NCBI GenBank assembly: GCA_002104945.1
Contig: MCFH01000079.1
Span: forward strand, 62,001-126,000
Origin: Piromyces finnis finn
Lineage: Eukaryota > Fungi > Neocallimastigomycota
Reading direction: 5' to 3'
DNA length: 64,000 bases
The notes beneath the pieces were generated by a model. The model saw only the letters and a program-made list of their open reading frames with translations, ran no database searches and was not told the origin of the DNA. Made by a program: the position numbers and the translations under genes. Positions 31,270 to 45,183 of the stretch are shown here, piece by piece. Positions within the stretch are counted from its first letter, which is position 1. Each line of letters begins with the position of its first letter.

Positions 31270-31753
31270 TTCATTTAAATAAAAAAATTGACCTGAAGGA
31301 CTAGAAAAAAAAATAATCCATTAAATGTCAATAATAATAATTATTGACTTTATTATTAATATTTTTTCTTTCTCTAAGGACATTTTTAAATCAAAATTTT
31401 AAGAATTACATTTAGGATTTTTTTTTTTAAATTAATCATCAAATAATTATTTACTAAACTTTCATGAAAGTTCGAAAATAGAATAAATGAAATAACGAAT
31501 TTAAGAGTTGAAAATGGTTTTTTCTTCCAAGTCCATAAAAAAAAAATAAAATTATTATTATAACAAAAAATATTATTTACAGTTTCCTTTTTTTTTTATA
31601 TATAATAAATTTACTCATTGTAATTTTATGTATTCATTGAGGAATATAATTTATTCATTTTAATTTTAATTTGAAATTTTGTATTTATTGAAGGATAATA
31701 ACAATTTAATATACATTTAATAATAAAATCATAATGAATTATCATTTTATATT

Positions 31754-34700
31754 TTATATTAAATTACGTAATGGTATAGACATTTTATTACGATCTATAT
31801 AGGATATAGGATGAAAAGATGACATTAATATATAAATGTGGGGATTATAGAGGGAATTTAATGAGAAATTAAATTAGTATGATAAAATAAAAATAATATA
31901 GAGTTAAAAATAATAAAACTAAAATAGATAATTCGTAGAATAAAAACTTTTTTTCATTATAAAAAAAAATTGACTTTACCTATAGTAATTTCAGGAGCAA
32001 TGAAACTAGAATGTGCAATTGAAATCATTTTATCTTCCGAATCACCACCAACAATATTAAAAACTTCTTTTTCAATTTCTTGTTTATTAGCTCGTTTAAT
32101 AGGAGAAATAGTTTTAACATTAAAGTTGTTGTGTGTGACACTTTCTTTTTGTACTGGATAATTTCTAGATTCCCTATAATATTAAAAAATAATTAAACAA
32201 AAAAAAAATAAAATAAATAAATCAATATAATGAAAAGTATTGTTATATATCATTATTTGTAAAAAAAAAAGTGATTTATATATACTTTGGAAAGATTTCA
32301 TTTAAAGTAGTATTAAAATCTTCATTATATATATAAGGTTTATTCTGTACAGTATCATCGAATTTTTGATAATCTAATTTATAATTGGTATCATAGGTAC
32401 GAGGTTGATTTTCATCATTATATATATCATTTTTAAATAGATTACTACGAAGTTGGGGGTTATTTGGTGGTCTACGAGGATTATATTTATATTTATTAGG
32501 ATAATTTACATAATCCCTCTTTTAAGATAAAATAATTAGAGAAAAAAAAATTTTTGAAAATAAAAATTTATAAATATATTAATTTTTTTTTTTTATTTTT
32601 TTATTTTTATTTTTTTTATATTTTTTTTATTATTTAAATAACCTACTTTAAATACTGAAAGTTTTGGATCTGTAGCTTCATCACCTAAATTATTATTTAC
32701 TTTCAAATAACGATTGGTATCATAAGTTCCTGGATTTACACGTTTAAATTTATCTTTATCCTCTACATTTGGATTTTTATAATCAGCATGCATCAATGAT
32801 TCCTTTACTTGATCATCTTTAAAAGTAAGATTTAAAGGAATTTCATTGGTAATTTCCTTAAATATATATATGGATAAAAAATATATATGAATATAAATTT
32901 CATTTTTATTTTAAAAATAGAATATAGAGAGGTAGGAAAAAAATATAATATGTAATATTTTTAATTTTTATCTTTTTTTTTATTATGTCTACCTTTATAT
33001 TATTGAAAACATATCGACTATCATTATATGCTTTAGCTTTTGCTGCTTTATTAACTCTATAGTCATGACGGAATGTGGTGGTATTATCATTGTCATCCGT
33101 ACCAAAATTAATATTATCAACATTACTATTATTAGGATAATTTCTAGTTGAATTTTGATAAGAATCTTTAATTTTGTCATTACTCATGACATATGTATCT
33201 TGGTATAAGGTATGATTGTCATTTATATCATGACCAAGCTAAAGATAATATATAGTATAAAAATAATATAATATATATAATTTTTTTTTTAGAAAAAATA
33301 TAAATATATAATAATAAAATTAATTTAGTTAAGATGGTGAAATTAATTACCTCAAATTGAGCTTTATCTTGTTTTTCGCATGGATCTTCTTTATGATATT
33401 TATCATATAATTTATAATCTAATAATTAAAAGAATAAATATAAAAACATATATTATAAATAGTATATATTATATATGTGATTACTATATTACTATATTAT
33501 TTAGTGTATATATATTATATTATATATGATAGTTTTATTATTCTATTATCATATATATAAGTAAATAAGCAACATTTTACCATTTTTCATCGAAGATTCA
33601 AAAGGATTATCTTTAAAATCAGGATCTGTAATAAAATGATATTTTAAATTATCAGGACCATAGATAACTCGGTCGACTGTAAATGATTTATAATTATCAT
33701 TCATTTCGGTGGCATAAGGATCTTTAATCTCACAATTGTAATCTTCTAATTTAAAATGAGTTTGCGTATTTGCAGGAACTGATCTTTCAAAAGGCTCATT
33801 ACTTGCTCTCTTTTTAAATTGATTTAGGTTGAAATGACAATTATGGGAAGATATTATTTAATGGATCATTATCCATTCCATTGTGAATATTGTAATAAAG
33901 AATTGAAATGTAATATATTTTTAAATTAATAAATATGGATTTAAAAAAAATTATATAATGGATAATAATAATTTATGGAATTATATTTATAATTAAATAT
34001 ACTTTTTCATAATAATCATTTTCATAGGTTGATATTTTTTTCTCTTTTAATTCATTATTATCTCTAAAAATAGTACCATATGTCTAAAAAGATAAAATAA
34101 AGAAATTAAAAATTTTTAGTGTGGACTAATTTTAAATTTTTCTTTATACTCTATGAATTAAATCATTATTCCCTATGAATAGATTTAATATATAATATAT
34201 TAAAAATAAACAATTTTAAATTAAAATATATTAAAATTTACATTAAGGTTATTATTTGTTACTATGGAATCTCTTTTCTATTAATATCAAAAAACATATA
34301 GGTATGAATAAAAATTATTTTATTAGTTATCAAAAAAATAAATATCAATATGGATATGTGAAATAAAAGCAATAATAACTATAATTTATATAATATCTGT
34401 GATTGAAACTCAACTGAAAATGGTTTACGAGTATAATCTTTCATCATGGTACTTAAAAAATGATTTTTGTAAATTTCATCGGTATCGTTATCCAAGTGAG
34501 CTACATCATAACATCGACTTAATCCATCATCTTTTTCTCGTTCCTGATGACTATTTTTTTCAATATTAAAATCAATCTCTTTATCTTTTTTATAATCTTG
34601 TAAAAAATCAATTTTTGATGTATTGAAAATATCCTTGACTATTATGATTGCAATTATTATAATAATTATTATAATTTTTTAATCAAAGAAAAAAAAGGTA

Positions 34701-35498
34701 AAAAAAAAAAATTAAAATTAAAAATTAACATTTATATCTAGTATATTAAATAGTTATTTTAGATTCTTTTTATATGTATATATATAATGAAAAATATTTT
34801 ATTTCATTTTAATATTTACTTTCATTTGAAATTTTGTTGTTTTCCTTTAAATAATTTTGGCCAGATTTTCGGGTATAGTCAATACGATGACTTGAATTTA
34901 TATTTTTTTCTGGATCCTCTATATCATAATTGGTAAGGGTACATTCTTATTTTTAGAATTAAAAATGAAACAACATCATCAACAACAATGTCAATAACAA
35001 TAATAATAGTTTTGTAAATTAATATTAATATAATATTAAAATAACATAAATATGGAAAATATTGAATTTGTTTTTATAGTTTATAATATATATAATATAT
35101 ATGTTTATATGTAGGCATAAATGTATGAGGTATTAATGTAATAATATTAATAAATAGTTAATATTTAAATTGAATTTATATTATATATGAATCACTTTTT
35201 TTTTTTTTTTTAATTTTTTCATTTTTCAATGAAAAAAATTTTAATAATAAATATTATTAAAACATTATGAATGGTATATATATATATATATATATTTTTT
35301 TTTTAAAAAATAGAATATATTATTTAAAATTTTACTTGAATAAATGTCAAAAGTTGATTTATCAAATGGATTATATAATTCTTTTCTTTTTTTTATTCGA
35401 TATTCATCTGTATTATTATAAAATGAAGGATTAATAGCCGGAAGTTCTTTTTCCTTCAAATAATGAAGATCTTTTAAATTTTCTATTCTTGAAGTCAT
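31754..35498 (-). CDS. Multi-exon protein with repeated [ST]-[ST]-x-x-x-D-Y motifs; possible Mn-motif microtubule inner protein (SAXO/TEX45-like)
   Basis: Exons reconstructed by eye contain SSHRIDY, STMMKDY, SSMKNDY, TTFRHDY, SLMHADY, TNYKLDY and TLYQDTY. Last exon DRNKMSIPLRNLI* ends at 31754. Family call is inference. Confidence 0.55.
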
Positions 35499-37229
35499 TT
35501 TTTGTGTGTGTGTGTTTTATGAATTTCCTTTTACTTTAATAAGAACTAATTTATTTTCTTATTTCACCTTTATATCAATTCAATTTTTTATTATCGAGTT
35601 CAATAATCAAACTTTTTTTTTTTTTTTACTTTTTTAGCTATATTTTTTTTTTTATTTAATTTTTTTTTGTTTGTCAAAACAAAATTTGTAGTCAAAGTTT
35701 TAAGAAACTTTAATTTATAATATTTTTTTTTTAAAAAAAAATACCACAAAGTTTAAATTATTTTTTTGCCTTTTTGTAACTGTCTTTAAAAAAAAAAATG
35801 TTTTTTTATTTTATAATAAATATGATAAAAAAAAAAAAACAATTTATTTTTTTTATTGTAGAGCTGAAAAGATAATAAAACAATAATATAATTTATTATC
35901 TATTATTATTTAATTATATTATCTCTGTACTTTTTTTAATAATTAATTTCCTATAAACATTTTAAACTTTTTTGATTTTAAATGGAATGACTATAATTTA
36001 GAATTTGATAACCAAAAACTTTATATATTTATTATATATAATAAAAGGAAAAGTATCAAAAATGAAAGAAAAAAAAACATTTTTTAAACTATAATAACAA
36101 TGAATAAAAAAGAAAAGAGTTTTATTGACTTTATTCATTTCAAAATAAAAGTCTTTATTAACTATTTCTTCTTTTGTATAAGAATCCTCATTTCCTTTTT
36201 TAGCAGATAATATAATAATAATAATTTTCATCCATCCATAATAAGATTCTTGTTAAAATAAAAATATTTAAATTTTTTTTTTATTATTAATTAAAACTCA
36301 GTTTTCCATACTATGAAATATAAATTTTATTTATTTCAAAAAGAGGCATTTCTTTAAAAATAAAGTCTTATCAATGCATGAAAAGCATTAGCAATTACAT
36401 TATGATTCCTAATTTTTTTAGTAATAAAAATATAATAATAAACGTAAATAATAAGGAGAAGAAAAAGAAAGGCCATAAAAATAATAATTATTAAAGAGAA
36501 AAAAACTATTATTATTATTTATTTCTACATTCATAGATGCCTTCATGCATTTGCATGTTGTAACAGTTTGTTTTACAACAATTTTTAAATGCCAATTTTT
36601 TTTTCAAGATTAATTTTCAAATTGATTCTGTCATATATTAAATAAATAAAAATATATTGACACAATATATTAAAATATATTATCTATTTTATTTTCATCA
36701 AATGTCAATACATTTAAATTATGGATAACAATAATAGTAAAATCCTATCAACTTTTTTTTATATAAATTAAGGTTTGGATGTATATTTTTTTTTAATACT
36801 ACAAGATTGGAGCTAAAAAAAATTTAAAAAAAAAAAAAAAAAATTGATTTAAAAAGTAGATTTAAATTTTCATTTTTTTTTTTTTTTTCTTCTTCACTTC
36901 TTCCTTTTAAAAAGGAAAAAAAAAAAAAAAAAAACTTTTTAAATGTAAAACAAATGATTTTATTTATTGAGAATAATTGAAGTAAAGAAACAAAGAAAAA
37001 AAAAAACAAATATTTATATATAAATTAATAAATATTTTATGTTTTAAAAAAAGAATAAAAGAATTTCAACTTTACAAAGTATAAAAAAAATTTTGGTTTT
37101 TTTTTTTATCAAATATACCCATTATATCAATAACAATAAAAAAAAAAGAAAAAGAAAATAAAACTTTTAGATATCAAAATACAACATTAAAAAAGAAATT
37201 ATTAAATAGTATTTTATAAAGAAAAAAAA

Positions 37230-38411
37230 ATGTGGAAATCAAAGTCAGATATTAAGAAATGGTCCAAAAAGGTAAAATTGGACCCTGTATTAATTATAGC
37301 ATGGATTATGGCTACAGTCTCGGCTTTTTTTGTATACCCAAATAAAGAATACATTGATTATATCGATTGGAGATCCTTAGGTATTTTATGGTCTTTAATG
37401 GTGGTTATTCAAGGTCTTAGACAAAATTCTGTTTTTGAAAAAACAGGAGAATTTCTTTTAAAAAGAGTAAAATATGGTTGGCAATTAGCTTCTGTTTTAA
37501 TTTTCATGTGCTTTTTCGGTAGTATGTTAATCACCAATGATGTAGCTTTAATCACTTTTGTTCCTTTTGCTATTATGGTATTACGTAGTTCAAATCGTGA
37601 AGATTTAATGATACCGGTTGTTGTTTTACAAACAGTAGCAGCTAATATGGGTAGTATGTTAACCCCAATTGGTAATCCACAAAATTTATATATCTATGGG
37701 GTAACGGGAATGCCTATTGGAGAATTTATCTTAACCATGTTACCATTAACTTCTTTAACCTTCGTTCTTCTTGTTCTCTGTATCTTTTTCATACCAAAGA
37801 AGGGTAAACGTTTGGTTTTGGATAATTATTACACTGTTGTCAAAAGTAAAGCAAGTGTTTGGCAAATCATTATCTATTGCCTTTTATTTATATTAGCCCT
37901 TTGTTCTGTATTACGTTTGGTTCCATGGTATATTATGGCTAGTATCATTTTGGTTGTGGGATTAATTATAAATTATAGAGTACTCTTAAGAGTAGACTAT
38001 ATTTTATTATTGACCTTTGTAGGTTTTTTCATTTTTACCGGAAATATTGGACGTATTGAAAAAATAAAAACAATTTTAGAAGATCTTATTAAAGGAAGAG
38101 AATTTTTGCTTTCTGTATTAACAAGTCAAGTGATTAGTAATGTTCCGGCAACCTTATTACTTTCTGAATTTACTCAAGATTTTAAAAGTCTTTTACAAGG
38201 AGTTAATGTTGGTGGTTTAGGAACTTTAATTGCTTCAATGGCAAGTTTAATATCTTATAAATCATCTTCAAATGCTTATCCAGACAGAAAAGTTAAATAT
38301 ATTATTCGTTTCACTTTCGTAAATATCATATTCTTAGCTGTCCTTATCCTTTATTGGTACTTGGAAAAACTTGTATTTAAAAAAAATAAAACAGACGTAC
38401 AGGTAGAATAA
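37230..38411 (+). CDS. Intronless ArsB/NhaD-superfamily (CitMHS/YbiR-like) anion permease, bacterial type
   Basis: 393-aa hydrophobic ORF with ITNDVALITFVP, AANMGSMLTPIGNPQNLY, SQVISNVPATLLL and VNVGGLGTLIASMASLISYK, motifs of the prokaryotic ion-transporter superfamily. Confidence 0.88.
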   Translation: MWKSKSDIKKWSKKVKLDPVLIIAWIMATVSAFFVYPNKEYIDYIDWRSLGILWSLMVVIQGLRQNSVFEKTGEFLLKRVKYGWQLASVLIFMCFFGSMLITNDVALITFVPFAIMVLRSSNREDLMIPVVVLQTVAANMGSMLTPIGNPQNLYIYGVTGMPIGEFILTMLPLTSLTFVLLVLCIFFIPKKGKRLVLDNYYTVVKSKASVWQIIIYCLLFILALCSVLRLVPWYIMASIILVVGLIINYRVLLRVDYILLLTFVGFFIFTGNIGRIEKIKTILEDLIKGREFLLSVLTSQVISNVPATLLLSEFTQDFKSLLQGVNVGGLGTLIASMASLISYKSSSNAYPDRKVKYIIRFTFVNIIFLAVLILYWYLEKLVFKKNKTDVQVE

Positions 38412-38787
38412 AAATTTTTTAATAAAACACAACCAACAAATAAGGATTCATTTAAAAAAAAAAATTAAAAAATAAAAAAAATAATAATTAAAAAGAAAAA
38501 ATAAACAAAAACACCAATATATCAAAACTTTAAAAAAAACAATGAACATAAAAAAAGGAAGAAGTATTAGAAAATAATTTATATCTATTTATTAATATTT
38601 AATAATTTATTTAAATCCCTCTCCTCCAAAACATTAAAATACAATAAAAATACCTCCATTTAGAAGAAAAAAAATTATCATTTTATTATATAATTAATAA
38701 ACATGGAAATTTTAACAATGTTAGATTTATAGAATCATTTTATTCAGTATTATTTAGTTTGCCTATAATTTATAAAATTAAAATATA

Positions 38788-38831
<44 letters not shown>

Positions 38832-39858
38832 TAGATATTTAAAGTTTAGTATTAAAAAAAGAAAAATAAAAATAAAAAGAATCAAAAAAAAAAAAAAAAA
38901 AATTAAAAAAGAATAAATAAATGCAAAGATGTATTTATGTGTTTTATTGTTGTAGAGTATGAAATAGTTAACATACATACAATCTTTTTTTTTTTTTATT
39001 TTTAAATGCATATTTTTGAAAAGTACAATTTTAGAATTTTTTTATTATACATATTTTCTTTTAAAATTTTAAAAACATTTATATTTTAAATTAATATAGA
39101 TGTTGCTTATATTATTTATTTTTTAAATAATTGTTTTTATTTGATATGTTATTTTTTTTTTTTAAATAAAAAAAAAATATATATCTGAAAATTGAAAAAT
39201 AATTTACCTACCATACTTTTAAAGTATTTAACTAGTATTGAAAGTTGTAGAATTACAATAATTCATACTATGTAGAATACATGATTATGTCATTTAATTA
39301 AATGAAGCAAAGTAATGAAAAAAAAAAAAAAAAAAAAAAACATTATAATAATAATAGTCATTCATAAAGTCAAAGCTCATTACGTCCACCAAGTCACACT
39401 GGTAGCAATGTTAGCCTTCCAAAGAGTCAAATATGATAATAAGACTTTTTTTTTCAATATCAAACTCCATTTTATTAATAAATAACTCAATGATTTACTT
39501 TTTTTTTTACCAATTTTCTTAATTAACTTTTTAATAGTGCCAAAATAACATTATCATTTACATAGAGTTTATCAAAGTAAAAATTAATATTTTCATATTC
39601 TTTAAAAATATTATTAACTTAGAGATTAAAAAAAAATTGAAAAAAGTGAACAATCTTAAAATACATCCCTACTAACATTCAAAAAACTTTGACTATTGTT
39701 TATCTAATTTGATATTAACTTTAATTTCTTGATAACTTATAATCTCTAACCACGGATATCTAAATAATATAATTTATAGAGGAATATATAATCAATAGAA
39801 ATAATATATTCCAAAGATTTAAAAAAGGTAAAAATAATGTTTCTTTATTATCTATGAC

Positions 39859-42800
39859 TTTTTTTTTTAACAGCATCATTAATTAAAAATATAATACATG
39901 TTATATTAAAAAAAATTAAAATAAAATAAAATATGTTTAAATAAACACAAATGAATAAAAATAACGGGTATAATGTATTCTAGTAATTTTAATTAAAGTA
40001 AGAAAGCCACTACTATACTAAAGTATAATAATTGTATTTGACTTCCAATCACCGAGCCAAAGCTCAAAATTTATCATGAGACAAAATTATAATCTCCATT
40101 GGTTGCTCTGGGCCTGTCTTATTACTTCTTCAGCATTGACACTCTTGGATGTTGCTTCAAACCTTTTGAACATTGACCATTGCTGGCCAATAACAAAAGA
40201 CATGATTTTGGTTAGAGGTTCCGCTGTTACCGTCAAGAATGGTGTTCCTTCGTTAGTTCCAGATTGAATCTGACACTTACAAAGTTCTTTCCATTCCCTT
40301 GAATTGTAATTGATATTGTTAAAACTTCTTCCCCCAAGAAGGAATTTAAATATTTTACTGCACACACTAGAATAATCATACACATTAATATTCACCGGAT
40401 TATTAGAACTATTACTATTATTAACTAAATTACTATCTAAATTAGAATTATTATCTTCACTATTGCTATCATTACTAATATTATTATTTCTATTACTACT
40501 ATTGTTATTATTACTATTGTTACTATTACTATTGTTATTATTATTAGTACTATTGTTACTATTACTATTACTGTTATCGCTATCTCTACTGATATTAACA
40601 TTTTCGTTATCATTAATAGGACTGCTGGAATTACGTTGACAGAAAAAATTTAATAGTTGAACTATGGAATTTTAAGGTTTAATACGGATATCTCTAAAAG
40701 TTGGACAATTTAATAACCAATGCTTAATACTTTGTACACCACTCCTACAACATGGACAATAGTTAGGACAAACTGGATCAACAAACTTAGCAGCTTTTGT
40801 AACTCTAGCATCCAACTTGTATCCGTTTTTTACTTTCAATAGCCAGTAAAAACCATTGGCAAACTCTGAATATTCATAGCATAATTTTATAAAATCTTTA
40901 GTTTTAATAAATTTATTAAAATCATAATATTGCAATTTGGTTGAATTTCCTTTGAGATCTTTCCAATAATAGTTTTTAACTGCTTTAACATCTCCATGCT
41001 TCTTTAATTTTTTATCAAGTGTCCTACTTGATTTGCACCACGTGTATTTTCTAAATTTAGGAATGTAATTGACAAGGTATGAGATAATACAATTTGAGTT
41101 TTTCCATTTGTTAAAACATCTAACCTGAGCTAACGCACATTTGGCTGACAATGGAGGAATATTCAAATCTTTTGAAATAGAGTATAAAGATATAAACGAT
41201 ACAGCTTTATGAACTCCGGCAACCCATCGTATTCCTTTGTTAACATGCTTCTGAGCAATCCTAGACCTAGCTTTGTTGGATCCAAGTAATGGTGCAAAGT
41301 ATGAAACTCTGCTAATCACTTGTGAGTTAAGTACTAGTTTTTTGAAAGGAATAGGAATATTAGGATTTCTTAAGAATTTACTGACTGAGAAAAGCCCTTT
41401 CAAAACCTTGTTATTAAGAGCTTTAATTACTGGTTTAAGGGACAGATTCTTATCAAATGGAACACCAAGATAAGTATAGCAATCAGTAGTTGGAATGGGT
41501 TGTCCTGCTAAGTAAAATGTTGGATCTCTCTTGTTCTGATTTTTATTGATTCAGGACGAATCACCATCGTTGAACATTTCTGGATACCAAATTCCATTTC
41601 ATTATACAATGCCCATTCATTAACTCTTCTAAGCATCTTTTTTAAGCATCCTCTTGTTGGAGCACAAATAACTATATCATCTGCAAAAAGTCCACCACAG
41701 CATCGAGTGTCACGTAAACTGACTCCTAGATCTTCGCACTCTTTAAATATATCATTAATAAAGAGATTAAAGAGAATAGGAGAAAGAGGGCAACCTTGAC
41801 GGACTCCTTTCTTCACATCAAAAGATTTCGAGAATTGTCCATCTAATTTGACATTAGCCTTAGATGTTAAATATAAATTTTTGATAAATTGTAGACTCTT
41901 ACCTCGGATTCCTAAACAATCTAATTTATGGAGAATATTACCGATTGGGACTGAATCGTATGCTTTCCTGAGATCTAAAAAGGCCAAATATGTCTCTTTA
42001 TTATCTAATTGACGTCTACGGCATATTTCTTGGATTGAAATGAAAAGACTAATACTTTCTTCCTTTTTTCGAAAACCAAATTGTTCAGGTCTAATGAAAT
42101 TATTCTTTAAACCATATTCTGAGATTCTAGTGGTGACAATTTTGGAAATCAACTTAATACCATTATTGATAAGTGATATACCTCGATAGTTATCACAATC
42201 TGTCAAATCTCCCTTCTTAGGAATAGAAACAATACTGGATTCATTCCATGAGTTGGGGAAATCTCCATCCCAAATACGGTTGAATAATTTAAGAATAAAA
42301 TTTAAACCATGAGCATCATTATCTGAAGTAGTATTACCAGAAGAATTATTATCTGTAGCATTATTAGAATCATTACTTGATGGAACTAATGCTTTGTAAA
42401 ATTCAATTGGAATACCATCCGGACCTGATGCTTTATAATTTGGAGTAGTGAGGATAGCTGACTTGACTTCATCAATACTAATATCTTGGTTGATATCCCA
42501 CTCATCAAGCATAGGAAGTGAAAAACGTTTATTCGTTGGTTCTTCATACCAATGCTCCAAATCAAGACTTACACCACTTGGGTCTGATGCAAGATTTTCG
42601 AAATGATCATGCCACACATCTAGTTGTTCTTCCGTAGCAACAACTAATTCTCCATTTTTATTTTTAATTGGTTGAGCAATAAAGAAAGAATCTTTTCCAA
42701 TTTTTGCAGTTTTCTTGATCCATTTCCAGGCCTTCTTAGGATTATGACTCTTCATATACTCACATCCTGTTTTAATCCAATGAAGATATTCTTGTTTCCT

Positions 42801-44590
42801 AAATTCATTACATCTTTTGTGGATGTAATCAATGAGTTTACGGTAGATTTTAATTCTTTTAATAAATTCATCTATATCATAAATTCTTTCTTTTTTAAAT
42901 CTCTTATACAACTTCATTTTGATTTTTTGAAGATTAAAAATTTGTTGTGAAATATGAAATGAAGACTTTATAACATTATTTGCTGAAGTAATACTGAGCT
43001 CGTCTGCAATTGAAAAAGCAGTTGAAGTAAACTCTTTGGAAAGTTCATCTGTAGAAACATTAGGATCGCTGGATTTTGCTGAAAGTATTTGGAATTTATT
43101 ATGACTGAGAATAGATTCCTTTTCCTCAATACATTTTAATCTATTCCATTTCATAATTTTCTTAGGAACATTAAAGTCATTAGAAAAATCTTCCATAGGA
43201 ATAATTTTACCATTAATAAGAAGTGGCTTATGGTCTGATACAGGATAAAAATTATTTATAAATGATCCTGAGTGAATAAGATCTTTCATCTTCGAATTGA
43301 TAAGAGCATGGTCAATGTCGGAAGATTGATCACCTCGAGTCCAAGAGATAGTAGACCCTCTAAGCGGAAGAATTTCCCAATCTCCTAATCCATTAGTTGA
43401 TAACCAGTTGGATAATTTTACTTTAGACATATTAAAATCACCAACAAGAATCGATGGATGGGATGAATGAGTTTGTAACCACAAGCGAACTTCTAACTTT
43501 GCATGATCAACATAGATGTTGTGATGACTATGAGGCATATAAACATTACCAATCGAGCATTTGAATCTATTCCAGAGACTAAAAGTATAAATAGAAATAA
43601 TATACTTTCCAGAGAAGTTTTCAAGTGAGGCTTGACACGAATTGTGAAAACCTAAATATAAACCTCTCATTCCCGGAACTGATTCGTCAGCTTTCTTGAA
43701 AAAGTGTCTATAGTTTCGCAAAGTAACACGACAAGGATAATCTGTATTCGATCCAGAACCATTACCAGTTTCTTGGAAACATAAAAATAATGGTTTGAAA
43801 ATAGCTGTGAAATAGCTAATACTATCTCTCTTTTCATGATTCCACCCATTGGTGTTCCAACTAAGACAAAAAGAAAAGTTATCAGGCTTGTTGGATGAGG
43901 AAGAATCGTTGCTATTATTATTATTATCAAGGTCATCGTTATTAATGGATGATGCATCAGAGGAATAAGTAGAACTATTACTAGATGGCTGTGAAACTGA
44001 AGAACTATCAACTATTGAACTGTTATCAGAGTTGATAGAGCTATTAGAATTAATTGTTGAATGTTGAGATTGAAATTGTGTTTGCTGTAGATCTGGAATA
44101 TTTTCATGATTGGAAACTTGTTGAAGATCTTGTTGAAGATCTAGTTGAAGATCGGATTGTTGATGAGATTGTTGAACTGATTGTTGAAATGATTGTTGAA
44201 TAGAATGTTGATGTTTATTAGAAACTAAAATTTTACGTTTGAGAGTGGAAAAAGTGTATTTGTGATTCCTTCTACTACGAGCTGAAAAGGAAATTGAGGT
44301 AACTGAAAGTTTCTTCTTTAACATGTGTAAGATTTTAATACAATCTTTTGATGAACCATGAACCTTGACTAAGAAAAAGTGATCATTGAAAGTCTGAAAA
44401 TATTTAACACTAATAACTGAATTAAATTTATCTTCTAGAATAACCTCAAGTTTTTCCCATAGCATATTTACTGACCATGATCGAATACCACGGATAAAGA
44501 AGGAGCGAATATCATCTAAGGGGATACCATAAGACCGGGTACCACGTCTGATATAATTCTTGTCTTTAATATAAAGGACTGACATGATAA
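39859..44590 (-). mobile_element. LINE (APE endonuclease + RT) copy 1, disabled; 5' end not resolved
   Basis: Collinear with the intact copy at 59197-64000. One-base deletion near 41543 (frameshift), premature TAA at 40672-40674, short T10 tail at 39859-39868. Confidence 0.95.
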
Positions 44591-45183
44591 TAAATTCTAA
44601 TTAAAAATATTGAATATAAAATAAATACTAATAAAAATTATAAATATAACGTATATGGAAAAAAAAATCTGTCTCTCTCTCTCTTCTTAAAAGTACTGGA
44701 TAGTACAAAAATTGTTACGATGCTTTGTTTAAAGTTTCTTTTTTTTGAATTCTAGTTGTAAATTTTCTTTAAAAATTCTAGTTTTGGTTTGTTGTTAGTA
44801 AATTCGAATCGCTTTTTGACACTAAACTTGTTTGACTTTACTTTTCATTAAATATTTAAATTGGTAAAAAATTTGAATCAAGAATGTCGACACCAGAAAG
44901 CTTGTGAATAGTATTTTTACATGATGTAGAGTGAATCAGTCTCTTACAAGAAACAATACAACAATAGCTACATGAATATAAAAATACAATGCAAATGCTA
45001 AAGTTGCCTACATTGGATTCTTACAAGAGAAGAGTAGTACTACATGAATACATGAATAAAAGAAAAAATACAGCAACAAAATGTATTACTCTTCTAATTG
45101 AATACTATACAAACTTACCTGAATATCAAACATTCAACTTATTCATCAAATACTTAATTCGATGAATAAAATGTTTTTTAATC

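Noticed and set aside
35998-36231. 77-aa ORF
   Set aside because: No motif and no convincing exon partners.
39850-39858. Shared CTATG next to several insertion sites (39852, 59190, 56231)
   Set aside because: Orientations differ and the third LINE site lacks it; too few sites to claim specificity.
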